IMG/VR virus record: IMGVR_UViG_3300042322_000140
Span: 228-64,227 of that record
Origin: a virus
Taxonomy: Duplodnaviria; Heunggongvirae; Uroviricota; Caudoviricetes
Reading direction: 5' to 3' (one strand)
DNA: 64,000 nucleotides
In this document: in pieces, positions 35,418-45,170 of the stretch
How the letters are laid out: every line of letters starts with the position of its first letter
Numbering within the stretch: position 1 is the stretch's first letter
Translations under genes and position numbers: made by a program
The notes under the pieces: model-generated
Seen by the model: the letters and a program-made list of their open reading frames with translations, nothing else
Told to the model about the DNA's origin: nothing
Databases searched by the model: none

Positions 35418-38400
35418 TTAAAAATTTCTTATTGCTCTTACTCTACTTCCATTTCCTCCTTGACCGTTTGGTTGTTGTGGTCTTAGAGACCCTGCTGGTG
35501 TAGTATTGTAGTTATAAAATTGTATATTATAAGCTAAAGTGCTAGATGGAACTCTGCTTGAAGTCCAATAGTGAGATCTTCTTGTATCTCCATCTGTTGC
35601 AAAGTTTCCTATTACTGCCATATTTTGCCAAACTTTATATAATTCATCTGCACTTGGTAAATACCAGTCCGTATAACCCCCACCTGTATAGTCTACACAA
35701 AGTTGTGCTGCGTAGTCTGTTGAAGTTGTAGATGTTGTGTAGCCAAAAGTTGAAAATAACAAATTTGTATTTGCTAATCCTGAACCAAAAGTGGTAGGTA
35801 GAGGAGATGGTAATGGGACTGTTGGAGAAAATGTTGTCATACCTAAGCCTGCTGTTAATCCTGGCACTCCTATTGTTGGTAAATCAAATTCTGTGACTAC
35901 TAATCCATGGCATCCTGAACTATCTAGGTGAAAGATAATTCCTCCTTGATGACTATCTCCAATTGCTAAGGTACATACTTCTGCTAATACTTGAAAGCTT
36001 ACAGTAGCTGTGTCACAATTTGTTAGGTTTAAATTTTCACATACTTGGTATGTTAAACTATGTGCTCCTATTGGTACTCCTACAGAAACAACTACATCAT
36101 TTCCTGATAGTGTAATTCCAGTGTCGGTTGATGATACAAAACTTACTGTTACATTTGCAGGTATTACTGCTGCTCCATTTAAGGTGTCATTTGTAAGTAC
36201 ATTTGTAAATGTTGTACCTCCTATTGCATCTGTTATATTTATTCCTGTTTCATCATTTGCTACTATTGGTGCACTATTTACTACTGCAGTTGCTACTGCA
36301 GTATCACAGTTTGTTGGATTAGCTATCTCACAAATTCCGTATGTTAATGTGTACGATCCTGGAGGTGTTCCAGCAGCTACCAATACGCTATTTCCAACAA
36401 GTGTTACGCCAGGATTGGTAGAAGATACAAAACTAGTTGTTACTTGTGCTCCTGTAACTGGTAATCCATTAAGAGTATCGTTTACTAATACATTTGGTAC
36501 TGATGTTCCTCCAGCTGCTACCGTTAATGGTACTCCTGTATTATCATTTGCTACTATTGGCACACTGTTTACTAATACTGAAACTGTTCCTATATCACAA
36601 TTTGATGGGTTTGCTACTTCACATATTCTATATGTTAATATGTATGATCCTGGAAGTGTCCCTGGAGCTACTACAACACTATTTCCAACAAGTGTTACAC
36701 CAGGATTGGTAGAAGACACAAAACTAGTTGTTACTTGTCCTGATGATATTGCTACTCCATTTAGTGTGTCGTTTATCAATACATTTGCAAATGCTGTTCC
36801 ACCTGATATACTAGTTAGTGGTGTTCCTATATCGTCATTTGCTAAAATTACTGCATTATTAACTAATATATTGACATTAGCAGTATCACAGTTTGTTGGA
36901 TTAGCTATCTCACATATTCTATATGTTAACGTGTACAATCCAGACGGTGTTCCTGGAGCTACTACAACGCTATTTCCAACAAGTGTTACGCCAGGATTGG
37001 TAGAAGACACAATTGTTGTGTTTACTTGTGTAGAAACTACAGGTAACCCCTCTAATGTGTCATTTACTAGAACATTTGCTACAGATGTTCCACCAGATAT
37101 TGAAACTACTGGTGTACCTGTATCATTTGTTGCAATTATTTCTGGTAATGGACAATTTGCTGGTACTCTAACTAATTTGTCGCACATAGAAGTTTCTATA
37201 TTGTATGTATATCCAGGTGGACAATTTGTAGTTGTTTCTGGGTCACAGCATTTTGTTACGTTGTAAACAAATCCTTGTCCTTCAATATACTCTATACATG
37301 GGTTTTTAGGGATATAATCTTTCTTAGTTATAAAAACTCTTCTGTATCTACTATCCCACCCCATTGTAAGCCCAAGGCCATTATATGGATTGTCTATATC
37401 TACATTTGGTAGGTAGTTTAACATTTTGAATGGTAGGTGTTCTTTAAACCAGTTTCTCATTCCACTAGCTTTGTCTCCTGCCATAGCAGATATTTCTATC
37501 ATACCTTCGCCATTTGATGGTACCATCAATACTTGCCCTCTTTTTGCATCTGCGAAAAAGTGTCCAAATTCATTTGAAACAAAAGTGGAATTTTGCGTTC
37601 CTCCATAGCCTAACCTAGTGTTATGGAAAGATGTAGATCTTCTTTGGAAGAAGGAGTTTCCTCCAAGTAATGACATTACTGGACTAGATCCATCATCTAC
37701 TTTGCTATCTACTTTGTTATATAATACAGATGTATTTGCAAATCTAGCTAAAATAGCTTGACCTTCAATATCAATTATATCTTTTAATTTTCCATAATTT
37801 GAAGGAAACTCAAAAATATCCAATGGTCTATATATTAACCATGGATCGTATAAAGAGTTCTCTGTACTATCTGGTAAGCTAGCTATTATACCATTTGGCA
37901 TATCTTGAGTACACTCATTAAATGATCTTTCGTAAGTATCTGTAAGTGTTCTTCTTCTAGTCAAAGATATTTGTTTTGAATACTCTGAGTTATATAAGAA
38001 CACATTAGGCTCTCTTATAGATACTTTTTCTTCTTGTGTCCAATCTCCTAAATCTCCTACTAGTGGATAAAACTTTCTATTTGATTCTTTTCCTGCATAT
38101 CTGTAATTAGTATTTATTCTAGTTTCAGATAAAAAATTAGTTATACCATAGTAGTATAAATAGAATTTAGAGGGGCTTGTAATATAATTTCCTGAAGATG
38201 CAAGATTATCAAATATGTAGTCGCTATCAATGTCTGGAAAATTTGAGCCAGCATTAGAAAAATCTTTATTTTGCTCATAGCTGCAATAGAATTGAGGATT
38301 TCTGCCTATGTTACTATAAAAAAAGTAATTGTAAGGTGTTAAATCTGCTTGTTTCATTGCAGTAACTAAAAATAGTGGCATTTTTCTTTTTAGGGTGTGC

Positions 38401-41400
38401 CTTGAGATATAAGTATCCCCACCAAATATTGGTAAACATCCTGAAGTTGCATTTCTAAGATTTCCTACATATCCTGTAGATAGCCATTTTATAGAGCTTA
38501 TAGTTCCATATTGAGTAGGTAAATAATTTTTTATTGCAACATATGGTGATGCTATATTTCTTACTATCTCTGGGCTTCTCCCTGCTCCACCAAATCCGGA
38601 TGCTGATTGATAAGTAATACTTGCATCCGCACCTTTATCATATATTCTATAATTATTAATACTAGCAGTAGGATAAGTAATAGGCATATCTCCAAAGGAT
38701 AGCAATACAGATCTTTCTCTATCAATATTATTAACATTTAATCTTTCTCCGGTTACTTCATTTGTTGTAACAAGTCTTCCGTCATTCAAGTATTTTGCAA
38801 TATGCAGTCCTCTTAATTTATTCCCATTTAACCCAGGATCTAGCATGTAGTTATAGTAACCATCTGCATAATAATAGTATGCAAAATTCTGTGGGCTACC
38901 AAAATCTCTAAATATTTTTAACCATTGGTATCTATATTCAGCATGTTTATAGATTAATGCTTCTGCTGTGCCAAATATAGCAACGATTCCTGCTGATATG
39001 AATGCTGGAAGTCCTATACTAGTACCTACAACAAATCCACCCATAAACCAAACTTGTGCATTAGATGTAATCTCAGCTACTTTTATTAGTATTTCTCCTG
39101 CTACTTCTATTGTAGCTAAAAAGTTTGCAAGACTTCTTGCTGCAGGTGATAAGATTACCCATTTAGGGTGTCCCTGGACTTCATCAAAATGACCTCTTGA
39201 GTTTCCAAACATGTAACCTTGAATACTAAGCTCTGAGGGTAGTCCTTGTCTATAGTAGTCTGTCTCTGGTGAATGAAATGTGTAATTTCTATTTGATACT
39301 CCAAAAGTTACTCCATTTTCAGTACTTTGATCTTCTTCTAGGTTTAATAAGTCATTTTGGTAACTATTAAATGGGTAGTTTGAATAGTATACTGTTTTTG
39401 TGTGTTCTTTGTATTTTCTCATATCATACAAAAGACCAGAAGCTACTACTCCTCTATCTAAAGAGATGTCTCCTCTGAATACTTCATATCCTGATATTTT
39501 ACTTCTATCACTTTGTGTCAACAATCCATTAACTACGGCTATGTCTAAAAATGCACTTATTAAGTTCTCATCTATTGTTATACCCAATGGAAATATCAAA
39601 CTACTACCAAATGGGCTTTGTTGTTTATTTGACATAAACGGTGCTAAGTCATTGTCTGGGAATTTGAAATGTCTTATATTAGCACAAGTAAAGTTAGCAT
39701 TATTATTTAAAATATAACTACCATTAGCTACAGCATCTACAAATATATCCTCAAATTTTGTTCTTATATCTATTGGTATTAAGTTCTGAGGTATTACTAA
39801 ATCTCTAGAGTCATAAAGTTCTGGATTATCTGGGTATGTTTCTTCACTCTCCCAATAAGCAAACTCTCCTTTTCTATATGGTACAGCATTGCAGCTTTGT
39901 ACTACTGGCTGTTGAAAAGTACATGTCGCTGTAGCTATTATCTTTTTGTCAAATCTAATAGAATCCCAAGTTACATCTACTCTACTGTACTCTATATCTC
40001 TTTGAGTTACAGTATAACAGCTAGTTGTTGGCATGGATATGTACACTAATGCATTATTAGTATTAAAAAATGAAATATCTGTATCAATTGTTCTGCTTAC
40101 TATTGGGCAATCTACTACTACATAATATTTTTTGCTTGTCAGCCACCCATTTGTTATAATTGGTGCTACTACTCCTAATGAATCTGTTATCTTTAAGCCA
40201 TTTGGTGCTATACTTGAATCTTTTTCTAGAAGAAATGTCATTCCATCTGCTACTGTAATTATCTTTGAATAAATAGCTGTTGTGTCTGAGCAACTTTTGA
40301 ATATAGAAACTCTTAGCTGTGTAACTGGACCTAATGTGTCTTGTGGTGGTGTTGCCTTATCTTTACTTATATCAAGTAAAAATCTAGTTTTAGTTCCAAT
40401 TTCTCCCTTGAACCAAAGTGCTCCTTTATGTATTTTATTAGTAAAGTTTCCAGATATTCCACCAATATGAGGTATTTTAGAAGTATATAAATTATTTACT
40501 GTTGAGCTTATGTAGTAGTTATTAAAAGATGCCGCATTATAATTATCATTAGCGTTTGCATAAGTAGCTATTGCTACAGGATAATTACAATCTTCATTTT
40601 CAAAATCAGAGTCTCTTAATCTAACTGGGACTTCTTGGTTATTCCAAGTATCTTGTACTAATGTTCCTGGAGTAAATCCTAATGGATTAGTTGGATCTTG
40701 TTGTGGTGTACCTGTTGTTGAGTTTGTCTTATATATAGTGCAGGTTTTTGGCATTTTTATCCTTAGATACTCAGAGGGGAATACTTTTTCTATCTTTGTA
40801 GCCGCTTCATTTACAATATCTCCAACTACTACCTCTGTTTCTAATGTAGGTACATCACACTCTAACCCATCAAAAATATCTGTTTCACAACCTACTGCAG
40901 TGTAATTTCCATTTATTGCTGTACATATATCAGTTCCTTCGAATGCAACCGGGCAATCTGCTTTATGTTCTTCTATATACTGTGCTAATCCTACATATTC
41001 TGTTTCTTCTATATCTATAGAAAACATGTCTTGAGTTACATTATATACCCCTTCTACAATACAAGTTTTTGTTAAACTTTCTGTTACTGGTACTGTTTGT
41101 ATATCTACTCCTTCACATATAGAACCTGGTTCAGAAAAAGCGGTGTTATAAAATTGCCATTTTTGATTTCTGTTTACTGAATTACATGATTGTATGTTTT
41201 TTATTATCGAGTCTACATCATCATTTATACCATTGCCACTTTCATCTACTACTAGATCCTTTTCTCCTGGTATAGCAAATCTGCTTATTAATGGAAATAA
41301 AGCTGTTTCGTATCCTCCATCTAGAAAAAATCTTATAGATAATGGTACAACTTCGTCTCTATTATAGCCTAAAAACTTAGAGCTTAAGACTCCATTTTCA

Positions 41401-42653
41401 TATAAGCTTTCAGGTGCCATGTGTGTTTGCCATTGTACAAACTCTCCTAATAAATTTATTACTGGCTGTAAGTTTATTTCTTTTTTTTGTGTAATTCCAT
41501 ATTGGAATAGTATATTATTAGAAGCTGTAAGTCCTTCTGCTTTTTCTATATTTAACTGATCTATTAATAGTTTATCAAAACTTGTAGCTACTTTATTTTG
41601 TTCCGTAGTATAAACTACAGTATTATCATTAATTGTGTGTAGACCTTCTATAAAATACCTAGATGCTCCCTCTATATCTGCTGTTTGTATTACAGCAACT
41701 TTGTAGTGAGAATAAGTCTTATCTAGGTCACTTACTTCTAGTCTTATGGCTAAATTTGTTCTACTTGCTAAGTCTTTTTGTTCTAGTATCCTATTGTTTT
41801 TATCAAATATTGATATTGGATTTGTTATAGAATAGTATGGTGATATTTCATTACCTGCTGCATCTGAATAAGCTATTAAAAACTCATATACTCCCATTTG
41901 TAACCTGCCTCCTAGTTCTATAGTAGCTGGTTCAATCTTAGGTATATTAAAAAGTTTAAATATTCTTAACTCGTTGTAATTGATACAAGGTGTAGTTACA
42001 TTTACATCACAAGGTACATTTTGATCGTAGTATTTCCCATTATAAAGATCTGTGATATTTATGTGTCTTGGTGGATTATTATTATCTGAAAAATATATAT
42101 TTTTACCACATTTTTCATTTTTGATAACTATCTTTTTTATTGGGTAGTTTATATCAAAGTTAAATCCTGATCCAGGAACAAAAGGCATACAAAGATTAGT
42201 GTTAACGTCTAAGTATCCATCTGCATCTGTCAGGAGTGTGGTGTATGTTTGTAGTGGTAATTGTGTTAGTGTCTCTAATGGCTCCGCAAGTTGATTTGCT
42301 TTGTTACAGTTATCACAGTCTACTAATATATCTGATACATCATTTGTATTTTGATTATCCTCTATAACGCCAAATTCCCCTACATGTGTAGTGGGATTTA
42401 CTAAGAAAAAGAATGTAGAGTTTGAGTCAATATCATTTTCAAACCCTATAACTTTAAACCCTAGTTTAAATTTAGAAGCTAGTATATTAGACTTTTCGTT
42501 TGTTAAATTTAAGCTATTACCAGATTCGTTTTCTACGTTTGCATTATATGCATGTGTATATTGAACGTCTGTTAATTGCGAAGGGTGGGTGTCTTTTTCC
42601 ATACCCGTCTTAGCAAAACTTAAATTTACTTTCTTATTCTGTTGTTGTGCCAT
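35418..42653 (-). CDS. crAss-like tail muzzle/stabilisation protein (N-terminal and central part) fused to four Ig-like repeats and a DUF1566-like C-terminal domain
   Basis: YFSDNNNPPRHINI, GYNRDEVVP, IRHFKFPDN, FHSPE, FGGDTYISR, WFKEHLPF, GWDSRYRRVFITKKDY; then repeats; C-terminal GGIIF..DWYLPSADEL..YWTSS..VRAIRNF. Confidence 0.7.
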   Translation of the reverse strand: MAQQQNKKVNLSFAKTGMEKDTHPSQLTDVQYTHAYNANVENESGNSLNLTNEKSNILASKFKLGFKVIGFENDIDSNSTFFFLVNPTTHVGEFGVIEDNQNTNDVSDILVDCDNCNKANQLAEPLETLTQLPLQTYTTLLTDADGYLDVNTNLCMPFVPGSGFNFDINYPIKKIVIKNEKCGKNIYFSDNNNPPRHINITDLYNGKYYDQNVPCDVNVTTPCINYNELRIFKLFNIPKIEPATIELGGRLQMGVYEFLIAYSDAAGNEISPYYSITNPISIFDKNNRILEQKDLASRTNLAIRLEVSDLDKTYSHYKVAVIQTADIEGASRYFIEGLHTINDNTVVYTTEQNKVATSFDKLLIDQLNIEKAEGLTASNNILFQYGITQKKEINLQPVINLLGEFVQWQTHMAPESLYENGVLSSKFLGYNRDEVVPLSIRFFLDGGYETALFPLISRFAIPGEKDLVVDESGNGINDDVDSIIKNIQSCNSVNRNQKWQFYNTAFSEPGSICEGVDIQTVPVTESLTKTCIVEGVYNVTQDMFSIDIEETEYVGLAQYIEEHKADCPVAFEGTDICTAINGNYTAVGCETDIFDGLECDVPTLETEVVVGDIVNEAATKIEKVFPSEYLRIKMPKTCTIYKTNSTTGTPQQDPTNPLGFTPGTLVQDTWNNQEVPVRLRDSDFENEDCNYPVAIATYANANDNYNAASFNNYYISSTVNNLYTSKIPHIGGISGNFTNKIHKGALWFKGEIGTKTRFLLDISKDKATPPQDTLGPVTQLRVSIFKSCSDTTAIYSKIITVADGMTFLLEKDSSIAPNGLKITDSLGVVAPIITNGWLTSKKYYVVVDCPIVSRTIDTDISFFNTNNALVYISMPTTSCYTVTQRDIEYSRVDVTWDSIRFDKKIIATATCTFQQPVVQSCNAVPYRKGEFAYWESEETYPDNPELYDSRDLVIPQNLIPIDIRTKFEDIFVDAVANGSYILNNNANFTCANIRHFKFPDNDLAPFMSNKQQSPFGSSLIFPLGITIDENLISAFLDIAVVNGLLTQSDRSKISGYEVFRGDISLDRGVVASGLLYDMRKYKEHTKTVYYSNYPFNSYQNDLLNLEEDQSTENGVTFGVSNRNYTFHSPETDYYRQGLPSELSIQGYMFGNSRGHFDEVQGHPKWVILSPAARSLANFLATIEVAGEILIKVAEITSNAQVWFMGGFVVGTSIGLPAFISAGIVAIFGTAEALIYKHAEYRYQWLKIFRDFGSPQNFAYYYYADGYYNYMLDPGLNGNKLRGLHIAKYLNDGRLVTTNEVTGERLNVNNIDRERSVLLSFGDMPITYPTASINNYRIYDKGADASITYQSASGFGGAGRSPEIVRNIASPYVAIKNYLPTQYGTISSIKWLSTGYVGNLRNATSGCLPIFGGDTYISRHTLKRKMPLFLVTAMKQADLTPYNYFFYSNIGRNPQFYCSYEQNKDFSNAGSNFPDIDSDYIFDNLASSGNYITSPSKFYLYYYGITNFLSETRINTNYRYAGKESNRKFYPLVGDLGDWTQEEKVSIREPNVFLYNSEYSKQISLTRRRTLTDTYERSFNECTQDMPNGIIASLPDSTENSLYDPWLIYRPLDIFEFPSNYGKLKDIIDIEGQAILARFANTSVLYNKVDSKVDDGSSPVMSLLGGNSFFQRRSTSFHNTRLGYGGTQNSTFVSNEFGHFFADAKRGQVLMVPSNGEGMIEISAMAGDKASGMRNWFKEHLPFKMLNYLPNVDIDNPYNGLGLTMGWDSRYRRVFITKKDYIPKNPCIEYIEGQGFVYNVTKCCDPETTTNCPPGYTYNIETSMCDKLVRVPANCPLPEIIATNDTGTPVVSISGGTSVANVLVNDTLEGLPVVSTQVNTTIVSSTNPGVTLVGNSVVVAPGTPSGLYTLTYRICEIANPTNCDTANVNILVNNAVILANDDIGTPLTSISGGTAFANVLINDTLNGVAISSGQVTTSFVSSTNPGVTLVGNSVVVAPGTLPGSYILTYRICEVANPSNCDIGTVSVLVNSVPIVANDNTGVPLTVAAGGTSVPNVLVNDTLNGLPVTGAQVTTSFVSSTNPGVTLVGNSVLVAAGTPPGSYTLTYGICEIANPTNCDTAVATAVVNSAPIVANDETGINITDAIGGTTFTNVLTNDTLNGAAVIPANVTVSFVSSTDTGITLSGNDVVVSVGVPIGAHSLTYQVCENLNLTNCDTATVSFQVLAEVCTLAIGDSHQGGIIFHLDSSGCHGLVVTEFDLPTIGVPGLTAGLGMTTFSPTVPLPSPLPTTFGSGLANTNLLFSTFGYTTSTTSTDYAAQLCVDYTGGGYTDWYLPSADELYKVWQNMAVIGNFATDGDTRRSHYWTSSRVPSSTLAYNIQFYNYNTTPAGSLRPQQPNGQGGNGSRVRAIRNF
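35977..37140 (-). repeat. Four tandem 291-bp (97-aa) Ig-like repeats
   Basis: Matching blocks at 36100, 36391, 36682, 36973 (period 291); protein consensus ANDxxGxP..GGT..NVLxNDTLNG..SSTNPGVTL..YTLTYxICExxNPxNCD. Confidence 0.9.
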
Positions 42654-42664
42654 TATGGTTTTTC

Positions 42665-43528
42665 TTATAAGTTAGGAAACATTCTTTCGAATCTGTTTGT
42701 CTCTTGGATCATTTTCATCTTTAGCTTATCCTGCCAGTTTCTCCCAAGACCTTCGAATTTAACCTGCGTCATTGCAAGCCCAAAGTATTCTCTTTCTTGT
42801 TGTTTTATATAAGTTAGTTTATTTATTAGATTAACATCATCGTCATTCATCCATAAACCCTCTAATATTTTTCTCTTTACAAAGTACATCAAGTACTCTT
42901 GTAAACTTACTACATCCGGTATATAAAGGTCCCCAGTTTCGTCTGATGGGATTGCGTTATACTGCATGTATATGTGGCCCTTCTTAAAGTTAGCTTGTAT
43001 CTTATTGCCAAGGATGTTTATTTCATGCTCTGCAGAGTTTGTAAGCTGCTTTTGTAGGTTCTTGCAACCTGGACTGCAATATTCTTTTTTTATGCCCTTA
43101 GTAAGCTTTAAAATAATTGGGTTTGTATATCTAAAGTTTATAACAGTATTGTTATAGTACTTTTTCTCAATGATTTCTTTATAGCTTGTCTTTGTATGTG
43201 AATTAGATTGATTATCCCAAGTATAGGTATTCTCTATCTTTTGTGTGTAGTATTGTGAATCTTGTACGTCTTGTCTTGTACCTTTTTCAAACTCGTGGCT
43301 ATCTTCTGTACATTTTACAGCTAAGTGTAAACTCCAAAAATCTTCTGGTAAATCAACTTGGCCATTCTCTACTTCTAATACTTTTTCTGTAAGTGTAGTA
43401 ATGTTAGCACCAAATCTTTTTAGTTCACTTTTTATCCATAGATTAACTGACCTATAATCTATAAGTCCAGCTTCATCATATTGTCTTAGGTCTGAAAGTA
43501 TTTCTGCTATTAGCTGCTTTCTAGTCAT
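42665..43528 (-). CDS. Tail tubular/ring protein (crAss-like)
   Basis: 287 aa directly upstream of the muzzle gene, as in crAss-like gene order; ring-protein-like size. Confidence 0.55.
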   Translation of the reverse strand: MTRKQLIAEILSDLRQYDEAGLIDYRSVNLWIKSELKRFGANITTLTEKVLEVENGQVDLPEDFWSLHLAVKCTEDSHEFEKGTRQDVQDSQYYTQKIENTYTWDNQSNSHTKTSYKEIIEKKYYNNTVINFRYTNPIILKLTKGIKKEYCSPGCKNLQKQLTNSAEHEINILGNKIQANFKKGHIYMQYNAIPSDETGDLYIPDVVSLQEYLMYFVKRKILEGLWMNDDDVNLINKLTYIKQQEREYFGLAMTQVKFEGLGRNWQDKLKMKMIQETNRFERMFPNL

Positions 43529-43537
43529 AGTTTTTTA

Positions 43538-44080
43538 TTATAAGTCATTACCTTTTTTCCTTGCTTTTCCAAAAAATAATGATGCGTTAAATGTATATTT
43601 TTTACCTGCTTTCAAACTGTCACATAATGCTTTTTTTACCTTTCTTGAAAAGCTGTAATCAAATACCCATGTCTTGAATATGTTATCTGATTCTATAGGA
43701 ACAAAAGCTATGTTGTATATTTTATTGTCTGTTCTAGGGTTAAGTTTTATCGAACCATCTTTTGGGTTATGTGAACTTCTATTGTCCATCTCTTGTATTA
43801 TTCCGAAATAACCAAGGCCGTCTACAAATACCCCTCCTGATGTCGATGTTATTTTTTCTCCTACTATCTCATAGAACTTAGATATTATTTTGCCATGCTC
43901 TATGTAGTTTTGAACGTCTTCTAAGTTTGCTAATTTAGAGTTGTCTCTATAATACTGATAAGCTTTATAGTCTCTTAACGAAAAGCTGCCTCCAAGATCC
44001 CCTATAGATTTTTTTCTTCCTCTGTTTCTAAAAATGTACTTGAAGGCTTCCTTAGTAAATGGTTTACTAGGTTTCCTCAT
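43538..44080 (-). CDS. IHF/HU-like DNA-binding protein (crAss-like)
   Basis: Basic protein with GVFVDGLGYF motif, lying between two ring-protein genes as in crAss-like phages. Confidence 0.55.
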   Translation of the reverse strand: MRKPSKPFTKEAFKYIFRNRGRKKSIGDLGGSFSLRDYKAYQYYRDNSKLANLEDVQNYIEHGKIISKFYEIVGEKITSTSGGVFVDGLGYFGIIQEMDNRSSHNPKDGSIKLNPRTDNKIYNIAFVPIESDNIFKTWVFDYSFSRKVKKALCDSLKAGKKYTFNASLFFGKARKKGNDL

Positions 44081-44082
44081 AT

Positions 44083-44751
44083 CTATTTCTCGTTATTGTT
44101 TAGATTAGGGTTTTCGTCAGCCGGTACCTGTTTTTTCATAGCTACCTCTTTTACTGTCTCTGCTATTATCAGCTCTTCTAGTTTATCTGGTACTATAAAT
44201 TCATAGTCCCATAGGCTTTTACATCCTGGTGTACTACAAGCAGAAACATTATCAATATCATCTAAATCTAATGTTAAAAGATATAAGTTTACTATTTCTA
44301 TCTCTGTGTCGATTAGGTATAAGTACCCATCCTTTACATAATAGTTTATATAGTCTGTTCCTGATACTCTATTTTTATCCCTTCTGTATTGTGAAGGTGT
44401 AGTTGGCTTAAACTCTTTTTCTTCATCTACAGTAGTCACTTCTTTTAGTGTGCTACCATATCTGCTATAAATAAGTTTAGGCAGTTTCTTTTTTGATTTC
44501 ATTATAGAATTGCATTTTCTAAATTCTATAATATCACATTTTACAGCTTCAATTCTTTCTAATTCGAAACAATCTAGCGTTTTATAAATGTTATCTTCTC
44601 TAAATAAGCTTCTATCATTAAGTTTTTGAGATATGTAAAACATAGATTTTTGTTTACCTACATGTAGGATATATCTACGTGAAATCCTATCATCCTTAGA
44701 TAATGCGTTTAGCCCATTTATTACTCTTGATGTAAATTCTGAATTAGTCAC
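44083..44751 (-). CDS. Tail ring protein (crAss-like); probable GTG start at 44751
   Basis: YYVKDGYLYL motif. The ORF-track start (44868) runs through a terminator and a promoter, so the real start is probably GTG giving MTNSEFTSR (222 aa). Confidence 0.55.
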   Translation of the reverse strand: MTNSEFTSRVINGLNALSKDDRISRRYILHVGKQKSMFYISQKLNDRSLFREDNIYKTLDCFELERIEAVKCDIIEFRKCNSIMKSKKKLPKLIYSRYGSTLKEVTTVDEEKEFKPTTPSQYRRDKNRVSGTDYINYYVKDGYLYLIDTEIEIVNLYLLTLDLDDIDNVSACSTPGCKSLWDYEFIVPDKLEELIIAETVKEVAMKKQVPADENPNLNNNEK

Positions 44752-44771
44752 TTTTGTACGGTTTAAGTTTA

Positions 44772-44803
44772 CAAAATTAGTAAAAATTTTTATGTTTACC
44801 AAA
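44772..44803 (-). promoter_or_regulatory. Bacteroidota sigma70-type promoter for the ring/muzzle operon
   Basis: Minus strand TTTG-N20-TAATTTTG, 20 nt upstream of GTG 44751. Confidence 0.7.
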
Positions 44804-44810
44804 TTAGTTA

Positions 44811-44838
44811 AAAAAAAGAAAAGGGGCCGAAGCCCCTT
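44811..44838 (-). terminator. Intrinsic terminator with UUCG tetraloop
   Basis: Minus strand AAGGGGC-TTCG-GCCCCTT followed by TTCTTTTTTT; a second weaker hairpin AAGAGG/CCTCTT at 44855-44877. Confidence 0.85.
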
Positions 44839-44889
44839 CTCACCCAACAGAAAAAAGAGGAAAACCAAAAACCTCTTATCGTTAATATT

Positions 44890-45168
44890 TTATTTTGGTG
44901 AATCAAACAATGCAACTGATGCTGCTATGCCTGTCATGTCCCTTACTCCCCAGTAGTCTTTAAGCAAAACTAGTCTTAGATGTGAGACTTTTCTTTCAAA
45001 GTCATCTAATCTTGTTTGCGGTTGTCCTCCTTTTAATATTTCAGTGTACTCACTATCTAAGTGTGTCTTTAAGACCAATAAGTTGTTATACTCATTGTCT
45101 ACTTCTGGTTGTGTTTTTATTGGTATATTCATAACTACCCCGTCTATTATTACTTCTCTTGTTTCCAT
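44890..45168 (-). CDS. Hypothetical protein, possibly fibre-associated
   Basis: 92-aa ORF 2 nt downstream of the fibre gene stop. Confidence 0.5.
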   Translation of the reverse strand: METREVIIDGVVMNIPIKTQPEVDNEYNNLLVLKTHLDSEYTEILKGGQPQTRLDDFERKVSHLRLVLLKDYWGVRDMTGIAASVALFDSPK

Positions 45169-45170
45169 AT

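Noticed and set aside
35977-37140. Tandem repeats as a CRISPR array
   Set aside because: 291-nt in-frame coding repeats with no short repeat-spacer structure and no cas genes.
36010-37266. 418-aa plus-strand ORF
   Set aside because: Antisense shadow of the Thr/Asn/Gly-rich repeat region of the muzzle gene; no independent motif or start signals.
44752-44868. N-terminal 39 aa of the 261-aa ORF
   Set aside because: Translates through a terminator hairpin and a promoter; the GTG at 44751 is the more plausible start.
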